Assembly: GCA_038247415.1 (NCBI GenBank)
Contig: JBBRUX010000003.1
Coordinates: forward strand, 32,001-96,000
DNA length: 64,000 nucleotides
Direction of reading: 5' to 3'
Origin: Chitinivibrionales bacterium
GTDB taxonomy: Bacteria > Fibrobacterota > Chitinivibrionia > Chitinivibrionales > WJKA01
The notes beneath the pieces are model-generated. The model made no database searches. It saw only the letters and a list, made by a program, of their open reading frames with translations, and had not been told where the DNA came from. This document shows, piece by piece, positions 9,411 through 19,562 of this stretch. The stretch's first letter is position 1, and every line of letters begins with the position of its first letter. A program made the position numbers and the translations under genes.

Positions 9411-10781
9411 ATGAGTGCAAAAGCTCGATCCGATATCATGAATGGGCCTGTGGGGCCTACCCTTATTTCGCTTTCTTTACCCATGCTTTTTGGTATTTTG
9501 TCAATGATGATTTTTAATAGCATTGATGCATGGTTTGTTGCGAAGCTTGGGACGGTGCCTCTGGCTGCAATCTCACTTACTTTTCCCGTTGTTGGAGTGG
9601 TGGCAACATTTGCAATTGGGCTTGGGGTTGGGGCAATGTCTCTTATTTCGCAAAGCATTGGCAAAGGTGATACCGAGGGGTTTAAACGTCTTACCACCGA
9701 CGTGCTCTCGCTTTCGATCGTATGCGTTGCGCTTATGACCATTGTTGGCCTCTGTACCATACAGCCACTCTTTACCCTGTTGGGAGCAACTCCTGCAATG
9801 ATGCCTTTTGTAAATAGTTATATGGTGATATGGTACTGCGGTATTCTTTTTTATGTGGTTCCGCTCATTGCCTCAAATGTTTTGCGAGCAACCGGGGATA
9901 CAAAAACCCCAAGCTTAGTTATGATTGGTGGTATGGTGCTCAATGGTTTTTTAGATCCACTGTTCATTTTTGGTATTGGTTCTTGGCATGGTTATGGTAT
10001 GGCAGGTGCAGCAATTGCCTGCACAGTTTCCAGGGGTATTATGTTTGTCTTGATAATGTACCTTTTAGTGTACAAGCTTAATTTACTCGGTTCTTTTTTT
10101 GCCGGATGGAATGTTGTGCTTGCTTCTTGGAAAAAAATTCTTGGGCTGGGGTTGCCGGTTGCTTTTTCAAATGCGGTTATGCCCGTTGCTCTTGGGCTCA
10201 TTACCGGTATCGTTTCCCGATTTGGTACGGAGTCATTGGCAGGGTTTGGCGTTGCAACGAGGCTAGAAGCAATGGGATTTGCATGTATTATAGCTTTGTC
10301 AACGGGGATAAGCCCATTTACAGGGCAAAACTTTGGTGCGGGTAATGTCGCCAGAATTCGTCTTGGAGTTTCTTTTTCGTTGCGCGCTGCAATGATCATA
10401 GGTATTGTCCTGTGCGGAATATTTATAGTATTTGGGCGCGACCTTGCCGGTCTTTTTGATAAAAACCCTCTGGTGATTGCTTCGGCACATGCCTATCTCA
10501 TTTGGATTGCAGCAAGTATAGGGCTTCGGGGAATTCATCAAATTATTTGGACGGTTCTTAATGTCCTTTCAAGGCCTTTTGCAGCGATGACGCTAGAAAT
10601 TCTTCTTGCTTTTGTGCTCTGGATTGGGCTTGGGGCGTTGGGGGCATACTTCTATAAACTGAATGGTCTCTATTGTGGAATGGCCATTGCAAATTGCATT
10701 GGTGGGGCAATAGCATGGGTTTGGATCCGAAAACTTTTGGCGAAGCTACCCTTAAAAGTGGCAAGCACTGTAGCTCTGTAA
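9411..10781 (+). CDS. MATE family efflux transporter
   Basis: About 12 hydrophobic segments; LRATGDTKTP, LDPLFIFG, GQNFGAG. Confidence 0.93.
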   Translation: MSAKARSDIMNGPVGPTLISLSLPMLFGILSMMIFNSIDAWFVAKLGTVPLAAISLTFPVVGVVATFAIGLGVGAMSLISQSIGKGDTEGFKRLTTDVLSLSIVCVALMTIVGLCTIQPLFTLLGATPAMMPFVNSYMVIWYCGILFYVVPLIASNVLRATGDTKTPSLVMIGGMVLNGFLDPLFIFGIGSWHGYGMAGAAIACTVSRGIMFVLIMYLLVYKLNLLGSFFAGWNVVLASWKKILGLGLPVAFSNAVMPVALGLITGIVSRFGTESLAGFGVATRLEAMGFACIIALSTGISPFTGQNFGAGNVARIRLGVSFSLRAAMIIGIVLCGIFIVFGRDLAGLFDKNPLVIASAHAYLIWIAASIGLRGIHQIIWTVLNVLSRPFAAMTLEILLAFVLWIGLGALGAYFYKLNGLYCGMAIANCIGGAIAWVWIRKLLAKLPLKVASTVAL

Positions 10782-10947
10782 AGAACGTTTGTAATGCTCG
10801 CATTTTCCCTGGGGATATGCACTAATTTTTTTAAGCGTTTTTTATTGGTTTATTACTAAGTGGACTAATAACTTGCGTATGTGCTTACCCCCATACTATC
10901 TTGAATAATAGATTTAACCTTAAATTGTTAAAGGGATTCCCTCCTTC

Positions 10948-11142
10948 ATGCAAATTGTAGCATTAATCTGGGTGATCAATCTTTTCTTCTTTGCATTGAT
11001 TTTGTTTTTCGTTTGGAGCAAAATCGCCATCATTTCGCGAAAAATTGCTTCGGTACATCCGACAATATCGTCAATCGATGACCTTTTGCTTGAACCTCCG
11101 GCGCAACCAGCTGCCACGCAATCTCCTGCAGAGAAAACATAG
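10948..11142 (+). CDS. Small single-pass membrane protein, hypothetical
   Basis: 64-aa ORF with an N-terminal hydrophobic helix and an AGGGA upstream. Confidence 0.5.
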   Translation: MQIVALIWVINLFFFALILFFVWSKIAIISRKIASVHPTISSIDDLLLEPPAQPAATQSPAEKT

Positions 11143-11437
11143 AATCCTTGACATTGGCTTAAATACTTTTCACGTTCATTGACATTTTGATTACTACCTG
11201 CACATTGTATTGCTCTTTACATAATTATTCTTTACAGAGCGTACGTTTCTTTCCTGCTGCATTCTCATTTCCAGAGTATACTAGAACATCTTTGCGAAAT
11301 ATGCAGAGCGCGCTGTTAGGCAACCAAGATCGACACCAGTGTAACACGCGCATCCAATACAGTAGAGGTCTTTACCCGTTCTGTAGTGTGTCGGGATGTT
11401 TATTGTTTTTTTACCCTTTTATGACGGAGTAGACATT

Positions 11438-12217
11438 ATGGATTCTGCAACACTTGCTTTTGTTGCACTTGGATTTTTGATTCAAATTATTATTCTCCTT
11501 GTTGTACTTACAACAAGAAATTCTCTCGCGAAAATCGAGAAAAAGCTTAGCCAGCCTGAACGTCCAGCAGAAGGACGTCCTGAACGGCCAGATTTTCGTA
11601 GTCGTCGTAGAGAAGAACCTTCTCCTCGGCCAGATCGCCCTCGACCTGTTGAACGGGCTGTTCCCGCACCAGTGGCTTCGGTTGATAAATCCCTTCGAGA
11701 TATCAATCTAAGACTTAAGTCTGCTGAGCGAGATCAGGATCAGGCTCGAAAAGATGTTAAGGCAGTTGCCCCAGAGAGTGGCGCTCCTCGTCGTTATGAA
11801 CGAGATAGTCGAGATAATCGTGGGGGTCAACGCAGTGGGCCTGGGCCGCGTCGTGATGATCGTCCTCCTCGTGAATACAATCGTCGACCAGAAGGCGAAG
11901 CTAGACCTCCGGCTCCTATTGCACCGCGTCCTCAACTGGCACCTGTGGTGGAAGCTAAAGAACCAGTCTCTTCTCTACTTGCTCCTGTAATTGAGCAAGC
12001 TGCGCCAATTGTTACTCAACCGATTGCAATTGAGCCAGAATCGAACTCTTTAGATTTTCAGCATGGTCGAAAGGTGACCGTGAAACGAAGAACTCTAACT
12101 AACGAAGAACCTTCTGACACTCAAGCGCCTCCTGTAGCGCCACCAGTTGCAGAATCTTCTCCTGCAGTCGAAGAACCTTCAGTTTCATCAGATCCTCAAA
12201 CCTTCGGACGCAGATAA
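11438..12217 (+). CDS. Membrane-anchored Arg/Pro-rich low-complexity hypothetical protein
   Basis: GGAG ribosome-binding site, N-terminal TM helix, disordered R/P/E-rich body, followed by a terminator. Confidence 0.75.
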   Translation: MDSATLAFVALGFLIQIIILLVVLTTRNSLAKIEKKLSQPERPAEGRPERPDFRSRRREEPSPRPDRPRPVERAVPAPVASVDKSLRDINLRLKSAERDQDQARKDVKAVAPESGAPRRYERDSRDNRGGQRSGPGPRRDDRPPREYNRRPEGEARPPAPIAPRPQLAPVVEAKEPVSSLLAPVIEQAAPIVTQPIAIEPESNSLDFQHGRKVTVKRRTLTNEEPSDTQAPPVAPPVAESSPAVEEPSVSSDPQTFGRR

Positions 12218-12243
12218 GATCTGTCAGAAGTTTTGTAATGATT

Positions 12244-12283
12244 AAAAAAGGCCGGATATGAATGCATATCCGGCCTTTTTTTT
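12244..12283. terminator. Bidirectional Rho-independent terminator
   Basis: AAAAAAGGCCGGATATG-aatg-CATATCCGGCCTTTTTTTT. Confidence 0.9.
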
Positions 12284-12294
12284 ATGTTGTTTTC

Positions 12295-12885
12295 TTATTT
12301 TTCTTTTCTGTTCCTATGCATCAATAAGCTTTTTTCGTCACGAGGTGCAAAACCGGCCCTCTTTTTCCCAGCCGGCGAATACGCACTTTTAACAACCACC
12401 TGCGAAGGCTGCATCAAGCTCTTGAGCGCCGAAAACGCCACCTGTATTTGCTGATCATGAGAATCCGTTCGTTTTTCAAGTAGCCGGATTGCCTTCCAGA
12501 CCTCTTTATCGTGGGTAACAAGTTCGCGAAGTCGAACAAAAGCCCGCATGATTTGAATATTGACTGTGATGGCTGTTTCCGAATTTAAGACACTTGAGAG
12601 CATTGCAATCCCGTTTCCCGTGTAAACACAGGGCAACGGAGCAGAGTGCTTAAGATTTGTCAACCGGTCACAATGTGTGACCAGTTCCATTTTTTCAGAT
12701 TCGGTTAATTGGAACATGAAGTCCTGTGGAAAGCGCCCGCTGTTACGTTTTACAGCCTAGTTGATTGCTTTTGTAGGGGTGTGATAAAGATCCGCAAGGT
12801 CACGATCCTGCAAGACGCATCCAAGAAAAATCCAGCGTTCCGCATGCTGCAAAACGTAACGTTCGCCCCGCAACCATAGAACAAG
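12295..12885 (-). pseudogene. ORF6N-domain (phage antirepressor-type DNA-binding) protein with an in-frame amber stop
   Basis: Frame upstream of ATG 12717 reads [37 protein letters not shown]; TAG at 12757-12759 where the family typically has Q; 5' boundary approximate. Confidence 0.82.
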
Positions 12886-12936
12886 CCCTCGGCCGCGCTG
12901 CTCCCAATTTTTGCATCGTCACGGGTCAAAACGAAT

Positions 12937-12995
12937 AAAAAAACCCCTCGAAAAAAGCCGTTTCCTTGCGAAAAAGATCGTTTCTGAGGGGTTTT
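12937..12995 (-). terminator. Terminator downstream of the tRNA-Gln/tRNA-Glu pair
   Basis: AAAACCCCTC...GAGGGGTTTT inverted repeat with an A run on the + strand. Confidence 0.65.
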
Positions 12996-12999
12996 GTTG

Positions 13000-13075
13000 T
13001 GGTAGCCCTACGGGGAATCGAACCCCGGTTTAATGGATGAGAACCATTTGTCCTAGGCCACTAGACGATAGGGCC
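13000..13075 (-). tRNA. tRNA-Glu(CTC)
   Basis: Reverse complement GGCCCTATCGTCTAGTGG...AATGG-TTCTCAT-CCATT...GGTTCGATTCCCCGTAGGGCTACCA. Confidence 0.96.
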
Positions 13076-13110
13076 ATTACTTGAAAAGTAATAGCTGATA
13101 ATTTCAAAAA

Positions 13111-13184
13111 TGGCTGGGGTGCAAGGATTCGAACCTCGATAGTTGGAACCAGAATCCAAAGTCCTACCATTGGACGACACCCCA
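13111..13184 (-). tRNA. tRNA-Gln(CTG)
   Basis: Reverse complement TGGGGTGTCGTCCAATGGTAGGAC...TTGGA-TTCTGGT-TCCAA...GGTTCGAATCCTTGCACCCCAGCCA. Confidence 0.96.
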
Positions 13185-13423
13185 GTAAAAAAGCAGAGAT
13201 AAAATAATACGCGAGGAATAAAAAATCAATGAAGCGTGTTACTTTGCCCTTTAATTTCAGGAAGTATTCTTTTTTTGCGGGATCGTGTATTTTAAAACCC
13301 GTTAGCTTTGTTAGAAATTTGTAGCGTTCACCAATACGGCGTCCCTGAAAATCGTAACACTTCTTAAGAAGTAAGTTTATAAGACGTGGGTAGATCTTTG
13401 TTTATGCAAGAAAAAGGAAGCAT

Positions 13424-14824
13424 ATGAGTAACAATCTTTTTGACCGGGTATGGGATCTGCACAAAGTGGGCGTTCTTCACAATGGGCAAGACCAATTGTT
13501 TATTGGGCTACATCTGATTCACGAAGTTACTTCTCCTCAAGCGTTTCAGATGCTGCGCGAGCGAAACTTAAAAGTATTGTTTCCCCATAGAACGTTTGCC
13601 ACAGTAGACCATATTGTTCCTACGCTTAGTCAACAGAGGCCATTTGCAGACACGCTTGCCGAAGAAATGATGCAGGCTATCGAGCGAAATACAAACGAGG
13701 CGGGAATACAGTTTTTTGGATTGTCTACCGACAAGCAAGGCATAGTTCATATTATTGGTCCTGAATTAGGGCTTACCCAGCCAGGAATGACGATTGCCTG
13801 CGGAGACTCCCATACGTCTACCCATGGAGCTTTTGGTTCGATTGCGTTTGGAGTTGGGACTTCTCAAATTAGAGATATCCTCGCTTCTCAAACGATGGCA
13901 TTGTCCCGACCCAACGTTCGCAAAATTGATATTAGAGGAATGCTTCGCAAGGGGATAGGCGCAAAGGATTTGGCTTTAAAAATCATTGCTCAATGCGGCG
14001 TAAATGGTGGCATTGGCTATGCCTACGAATTTGTGGGCGAGGCTATTACGAGTCTTTCTATGGAAGCCCGCATGACATTGTGTAATATGAGTATCGAAGG
14101 TGGTGCGCGCGCAGGATACATTTCTCCCGATGAAACAACATGTGCGTATCTAAAAGGCAGGCAATTTGCTCCTCCTGATTCGGAGTTTGAGCAGGCAAAA
14201 AACTACTGGAAATCCATTGCGTCAACGCCAACCTCTTCCTACGATGACGAAGTGGTTGTTGAGGTAGCTTCTCTTGCACCTATGATAACGTGGGGCATTA
14301 ATCCGGGTCAAGCAATTCAAGTGACGGATGCGATTCCAAAACTTTCAGATTTTGATAGTGCCGAACGCGAAAGTGCCCAGAGGGCATACGATCACATGGG
14401 CTTTGAACCGGGTAGTCCCATTCGAGGTAAAAAAATCGACAAGGCATTTATTGGGTCGTGTACCAATGGACGCATTTCCGACTTGCGCGATGCGGCTGCA
14501 TTGCTTAAGGGTAAAAAAGTATCGGCACATGTAGATGTTCTGGTGGTTCCAGGTTCCATGCAGGTAAAAAAACAGGCCGAAGCCGAAGGTCTCGACCAAA
14601 TTTTTAAAGATTCTGGGTGTTCGTGGAGAGAGGCTGGATGTTCGATGTGTCTTGCCATGAATCCCGATAAATTAGTAGAACGTCAATTATGCGCAAGCTC
14701 ATCAAATAGAAATTTTATTGGCCGGCAGGGGGCAGTTCATGGGAGAACGCTCCTCATGAGTCCAATAATGGTAGCTGCAGCAGCGGTGGCGGGTGAGGTT
14801 GTTGACGTTCGCGAAATGATGTAA
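13424..14824 (+). CDS. leuC: 3-isopropylmalate dehydratase large subunit
   Basis: [40 protein letters not shown]. Confidence 0.97.
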   Translation: MSNNLFDRVWDLHKVGVLHNGQDQLFIGLHLIHEVTSPQAFQMLRERNLKVLFPHRTFATVDHIVPTLSQQRPFADTLAEEMMQAIERNTNEAGIQFFGLSTDKQGIVHIIGPELGLTQPGMTIACGDSHTSTHGAFGSIAFGVGTSQIRDILASQTMALSRPNVRKIDIRGMLRKGIGAKDLALKIIAQCGVNGGIGYAYEFVGEAITSLSMEARMTLCNMSIEGGARAGYISPDETTCAYLKGRQFAPPDSEFEQAKNYWKSIASTPTSSYDDEVVVEVASLAPMITWGINPGQAIQVTDAIPKLSDFDSAERESAQRAYDHMGFEPGSPIRGKKIDKAFIGSCTNGRISDLRDAAALLKGKKVSAHVDVLVVPGSMQVKKQAEAEGLDQIFKDSGCSWREAGCSMCLAMNPDKLVERQLCASSSNRNFIGRQGAVHGRTLLMSPIMVAAAAVAGEVVDVREMM

Positions 14825-14845
14825 AATAAAGAAAAGGGCATTGCA

Positions 14846-15472
14846 ATGGAAACTTCTCTACGAAAAAAAACATGTGGGAAAATGATTCCCCTACAGGGTA
14901 ACGATATCGATACCGATCGGATTATTCCTGCGCGCTACATGACGGGTATTACGTTTGATGGCCTTGGTGAACATGCTTTTCATGATGAACGTTTTGATAG
15001 ATTTGGGAAAGAAAAACAACATCCCTACAATGATCCTCGGTTTAAAGGGCATTCGATTCTTGTAGTGGGGAAAAATTTTGGTTGTGGGTCATCGCGGGAG
15101 CACGCTCCGCAGGCGCTTATGCGGTCGGGGATCACAGCGCTTGTCGGGGAGTCGTTTGCCGATATTTTTGCAGGTAATTGCACCTCTCTTGGGATCCCGT
15201 TTGCGGTCCTTAAGCAGACAGATATAGAAGAACTTGCCGCAGCATGCATCAAGAATCCCGATTGTGAAGCATGTATAGATGTTGAAGCACAAGAGGTCGT
15301 TTGTGGTTCTCGCAGGTTTTCTGCAACGCTGCCGGAGTCGTCGCGGAGTGCTTTTATTTCTGGTTTGTGGGATATGACTGGCGTCTTGCTTGCTAATAAA
15401 GAATCAGTTCTTACGAAAGCCGCAGAACTGCCCTATTTCAATCATTTTTCGAAGTTTGCAAAGGTTGTATAA
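14846..15472 (+). CDS. leuD: 3-isopropylmalate dehydratase small subunit
   Basis: DIDTDRIIPAR, NFGCGSSREHAPQAL. Confidence 0.97.
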   Translation: METSLRKKTCGKMIPLQGNDIDTDRIIPARYMTGITFDGLGEHAFHDERFDRFGKEKQHPYNDPRFKGHSILVVGKNFGCGSSREHAPQALMRSGITALVGESFADIFAGNCTSLGIPFAVLKQTDIEELAAACIKNPDCEACIDVEAQEVVCGSRRFSATLPESSRSAFISGLWDMTGVLLANKESVLTKAAELPYFNHFSKFAKVV

Positions 15473-15478
15473 AGCTTT

Positions 15479-17194
15479 ATGAAAGCATCTAAAATAAGCG
15501 GCGCACATGCCATTATCGCATCGTGTGAACATCATGGTGTAACGCATATCTTTGGTTATCCCGGGGGCGCAAATATACCAATCCTGGATGCGCTTTACGA
15601 ATCAAAGGTAAAATTTGTTCTTACCCGTCATGAGCAGGGTGCTGCACATATGGCCGATGGCTACGCCCGTGCATCCGGCAAGGTAGGCGTTGTACTTGTC
15701 ACTTCGGGGCCAGGTGCCCTCAATACCATTTCGGGTATCCTAACATCGCAAATGGATTCTATTCCACTTGTTATAATTTGTGGGCAAACCATTACAGCAA
15801 ATCTTGGACTCGATGCATTTCAGGAAGCGGACGTAAGCGGCGTGACTTATCCTATTGTAAAACACTCTTATCTGGTAAAAAACGTCGCCGATATTCCGCG
15901 CATCATGAAAGAGGCTTTCTACCTTGCGGGTAGCGGTCGACCGGGTGTTGTTCTCATTGATGTGCCCAAAGATATCTCTTCTACACTTTTTGAGCCAAAT
16001 TATTTGGTTGAGCCTTCGCTTCCGGGGTATGTTTTACCGTCTGCGCCTTCTGCCGCAGAGCTTGCGGAATGCGCAGCAATTCTCGCTTCATCCGAAAAAC
16101 CGGTACTTCTCGTTGGTCATGGGGCGCTTATTGGCAATGCATCCGAGTATGTTACAAAAATTGCTCGCGACTTTGAAATTCCTGTTGTCAATACGCTTCT
16201 TGGGAAGGGCGGATTCGATGAGAATGAAGCTCTTTCGCTTGGTATGCTTGGAATGCATGGCACAGCATATGCAAATATGGCGGTGCTAAATTGCGATTGC
16301 ATTGTTTCTATAGGCTCGCGGTTCGATGATCGTATTGTGGGTACTCCTAAAAAGTTTTGCCCTTCGGCAAAAAAAATCCATATCGATATCGACGAGTCGG
16401 AAAAAAACAAAATGGTTAAGCCCGACCTTTTCATCTTGGGAGATGCTAGCCAGGTACTCAAAGAATTAATTCCTTATTTGAAGCATAAAAAACGAGACGC
16501 ATGGCTTTCGCACATTGCTGCATGGAAAAAAGATTATCCCCTTACGTTCGATAGCAGCGGGCCACTTACTTCTCAGGCAGTGTTAGAAGCACTCAACAGA
16601 CTTGCACCCAAAAATATTGTTTACACTACCGATGTGGGTCAGCATCAAATGTGGGCTGCTCAGTTTTGTAAAGTTCATGCACCACATTCGTGGCTTACCT
16701 CGGGTGGTGCGGGAACAATGGGGTATGGTTTTCCTGCAGCTATTGGAGCGCAGATTGCCCGGCCGCAATCAACGGTTGTTGCGATTGTCGGGGATGGCGG
16801 ATTTCAAATGACACAAGCAGAACTTTCTACGGCCATGCTTCAAAAATTACCGCTCAAGATTTTAATTCTGGATAATAAATATCTTGGCATGGTACGACAA
16901 TGGCAAGACCTGTTTTATGATAATCGTCTAATGGGCGTCGATCTGGAAGGCAACCCAGATTTTGTCATGCTCGCAAAAGCATATGGAGTAGCGGGGTTTC
17001 ATTGCAATTCACATGAAAATCTCGATGCGGTTCTCAAAGAAGCATTATCCTATAATCAAGGGCCGTGTCTTATTCATGCTGAAGTGGAAAAAGAAGGCAA
17101 TGTATATCCGATGATTCCAGCCGGAGCAGGCTATGAGGCCATGCTTCTTGCTGCACCTACTCAAAAACTCGAAAAACCTAAAGGGAGCACCTAA
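15479..17194 (+). CDS. ilvB: Acetolactate synthase large subunit
   Basis: FGYPGG, RHEQGAAHMADGYAR, DVGQHQMW, GDGGFQM. Confidence 0.96.
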   Translation: MKASKISGAHAIIASCEHHGVTHIFGYPGGANIPILDALYESKVKFVLTRHEQGAAHMADGYARASGKVGVVLVTSGPGALNTISGILTSQMDSIPLVIICGQTITANLGLDAFQEADVSGVTYPIVKHSYLVKNVADIPRIMKEAFYLAGSGRPGVVLIDVPKDISSTLFEPNYLVEPSLPGYVLPSAPSAAELAECAAILASSEKPVLLVGHGALIGNASEYVTKIARDFEIPVVNTLLGKGGFDENEALSLGMLGMHGTAYANMAVLNCDCIVSIGSRFDDRIVGTPKKFCPSAKKIHIDIDESEKNKMVKPDLFILGDASQVLKELIPYLKHKKRDAWLSHIAAWKKDYPLTFDSSGPLTSQAVLEALNRLAPKNIVYTTDVGQHQMWAAQFCKVHAPHSWLTSGGAGTMGYGFPAAIGAQIARPQSTVVAIVGDGGFQMTQAELSTAMLQKLPLKILILDNKYLGMVRQWQDLFYDNRLMGVDLEGNPDFVMLAKAYGVAGFHCNSHENLDAVLKEALSYNQGPCLIHAEVEKEGNVYPMIPAGAGYEAMLLAAPTQKLEKPKGST

Positions 17195-17197
17195 TCG

Positions 17198-17701
17198 ATG
17201 GGCGAAATGCAAACAGAGAATTACGCAATTAGTTTACTGGTTAATAATAAACCAGGCGTTTTGATACGAATCGCACTCGTTTTTTCGCGACGAGGCTTTA
17301 ACTTAGAGAGCGTGGTCGTGAGCCCCTCGCACGATTTGGCATTTTCGTGGATGAATCTTGTTGCTCGTGGCGAGCCAGCATCGCTGGATCAGATCCTTAA
17401 GCAACTTAATAAGCTTGTCGATGTTATTCATGCGCGCAATCATACAACCGATGATGCAATCCAAAGAGAGTTTGGTCTTGTTAAGGTTTCGTGTCCGTCC
17501 CAGCATAGAGGTGAAATTCTTGAAATCGCTCAACATTTCAAGGCCGAATCAGTCGATTTGACAAGTACAACAATTACCTTTCAGATAGCAGGTAATACCG
17601 GAAAGCTCGATGCATTCCTTACTTTGCTGCAAAAATTTGGTATTTTGGAATCGGTTCGTTCTGGAAAGCTTATAATGGCTCGAGGGGTGGAATCGACGTA
17701 A
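17198..17701 (+). CDS. ilvN: Acetolactate synthase small (regulatory) subunit
   Basis: ACT domain NKPGVLIRIALVFSRRGFNLES; KQLNKLVDV. Confidence 0.95.
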   Translation: MGEMQTENYAISLLVNNKPGVLIRIALVFSRRGFNLESVVVSPSHDLAFSWMNLVARGEPASLDQILKQLNKLVDVIHARNHTTDDAIQREFGLVKVSCPSQHRGEILEIAQHFKAESVDLTSTTITFQIAGNTGKLDAFLTLLQKFGILESVRSGKLIMARGVEST

Positions 17702-17812
17702 TCATCTCATTTTTGAGACTTGTTGTCGCACCTTATAGATGCTTCGCAAAACACCTAAGAGAGGAAATTCAAAAATGCTCAATTAAATAAGCATTTAAAA
17801 AATTCATGGTAC

Positions 17813-17828
17813 TGGCATGATTGTTGCT
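17813..17828 (+). promoter_or_regulatory. Sigma-54 (-24/-12) promoter
   Basis: TGGCATGATTGTTGCT matches GG-N10-GC, ending 38 nt before ATG 17866. Confidence 0.75.
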
Positions 17829-17865
17829 TTATTATTGGGCAACAATTTATTTAAAGGAAAGTACC

Positions 17866-19350
17866 ATGAAAACAACAACCCTTAAAATCAGTATTTTTAT
17901 TTGCTTCTGGGCAAATGTTGTTTTTGCGCAACCTTCAATTTCTCCCGCTATTTTTGATCCCGATACTCTGAGACTACAAATAAATAACTCTTCCGTTTCT
18001 ATGGGTGCTACTAGATGTCCAATCTTCTTAGTGAATCAATCACACCTACTCGTAGATTCTGTTGCATTTACTATCACCATTACTTCTGGATTGGACATCT
18101 ATTCGGCGATTACTTTTGATCTTGGGGATGCCATACCCAGCTGGTCTAAAAATATTGTCGAGGTGTCGCAAGGTGTTTATTCTGTCAATTTGAAGAAAAA
18201 CAGCGATGGTTTAGGCTTAGGGTCAAAGAATATCTTGTGGCTCACTCTCAATGTAGCGCCTTCGGCTCAAATTGGCCAAACAAGCACACTGGCGCTTAGT
18301 TCCATAAACCTCTTTGGATCCGATCGGATTGGTTATCAACCAGTTTCTTCGCCTACTGCCATTTTTACGGTCGCTATCAAATCAAAGGTTATTGTGGGAG
18401 ATGTGGATGGTGATGGGGATGTACTCATCAAAGATGCACAAGCATTGCAAACTGCAATTATTAATTCTCCAGAAGATCAGGTTTCCGATCGCGGTCAACT
18501 TATTCGTCTGTCTGTTGCAGATGTAAATAAGGACGGGCATATAAATAGTTATGACGTAGGGCTCATTACAAAGTTTGCAAGTGGCTATATAAATAAGTTA
18601 CCCTTCGTGGATGATTCAATCGAGGCCGACGACACAGCCAAATCGATAATTTGGCAAATGCCAGGCAAGTCGAAATCTGTAAACACTATTAGGTATGAAA
18701 TCAAGGGTATATCGTTAAAGGGTCTTATTGCCGCAGATTTGTATTTTAAACTTGATACAAGTTTGATTAATATGGCAACCTTTGCAATTGCAGCAACCTC
18801 AGTAATAAAAGCCAGTGGGTGGCATCTTGAGCCTTCGGTATTAACGCTTCCTGTGAAAGACAAAATAGGAATAATGCATATAAGCGTTGTGTGGCCTACC
18901 GAAATTGAATATCACGGGGCTCTTGTGTTGGCTACTCTGGATATTACGTGTAAACCAGGACAATCTCCAGATGCGTTGAAACGGGTACTAACGCTTAATA
19001 AATTAATAGCGAATCAGCATTATTCTGCTATGAGAGGCGATTCTGCACTGTTTCCAGTTGTTGATCCTGGACTCAATGCTCCTAGTTCGGTGATTACAAA
19101 AAGTACACGTACCCTTTCATCTGATTTTGCAAAAATTTTCGGTTCCCGTCTCTGTTTTTCGGGTTCGCTAGATAAGGCTTCAAACATTTCAATTATATCG
19201 ACTAATGGTCGAGCGGTATCTGCTATCTCTTTTCCTAAGTCTTCTCAAATGTACTCGTATGCGCTTCCTTCGCTGGGCTGTGGAGCCTATTTCGTGAAAA
19301 TCTCCCAAGGCAATCGCACTCAAAATCTTACTTTCTCGGTGTATCATTAA
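17866..19350 (+). CDS. Secreted protein with cohesin-like, dockerin and T9SS-like C-terminal domains
   Basis: Signal peptide; paired dockerin loops GDVDGDGDVLIKDA and ADVNKDGHINSYD; C-terminal IISTNGRAV...GAYFVKI. Confidence 0.75.
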   Translation: MKTTTLKISIFICFWANVVFAQPSISPAIFDPDTLRLQINNSSVSMGATRCPIFLVNQSHLLVDSVAFTITITSGLDIYSAITFDLGDAIPSWSKNIVEVSQGVYSVNLKKNSDGLGLGSKNILWLTLNVAPSAQIGQTSTLALSSINLFGSDRIGYQPVSSPTAIFTVAIKSKVIVGDVDGDGDVLIKDAQALQTAIINSPEDQVSDRGQLIRLSVADVNKDGHINSYDVGLITKFASGYINKLPFVDDSIEADDTAKSIIWQMPGKSKSVNTIRYEIKGISLKGLIAADLYFKLDTSLINMATFAIAATSVIKASGWHLEPSVLTLPVKDKIGIMHISVVWPTEIEYHGALVLATLDITCKPGQSPDALKRVLTLNKLIANQHYSAMRGDSALFPVVDPGLNAPSSVITKSTRTLSSDFAKIFGSRLCFSGSLDKASNISIISTNGRAVSAISFPKSSQMYSYALPSLGCGAYFVKISQGNRTQNLTFSVYH

Positions 19351-19562
19351 AAATCGCATTTCTCAAATGCGGCTTTCTTAATATTTAAAGAGAGCCTTTT
19401 CGGGCTGTATATTCCGAGAAGTTCTTTTCGTTGATATCCTACTGATTTTTATTGCTGCTTGTGCAATCTTGTGGTATAATCCAGTAAGCTCGCTCTACCT
19501 ATTTATTTACATCTTGGCGATGCGTAGCACAAAGCTTTTCGAACTATCATCAAAGGTCTGAA

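Noticed and set aside
12757..12759. TAG recoding (alternative genetic code or pyrrolysine)
   Set aside because: Other genes in the window end at TAG (e.g. 39201, 45759) and no other gene has internal TAGs, so a single nonsense mutation is simpler.
13229..13324. Leu/Ile/Val attenuator leader peptide before leuC
   Set aside because: The short ORF MKRVTLPFNFRKY... has no run of control codons, and no terminator hairpin follows.
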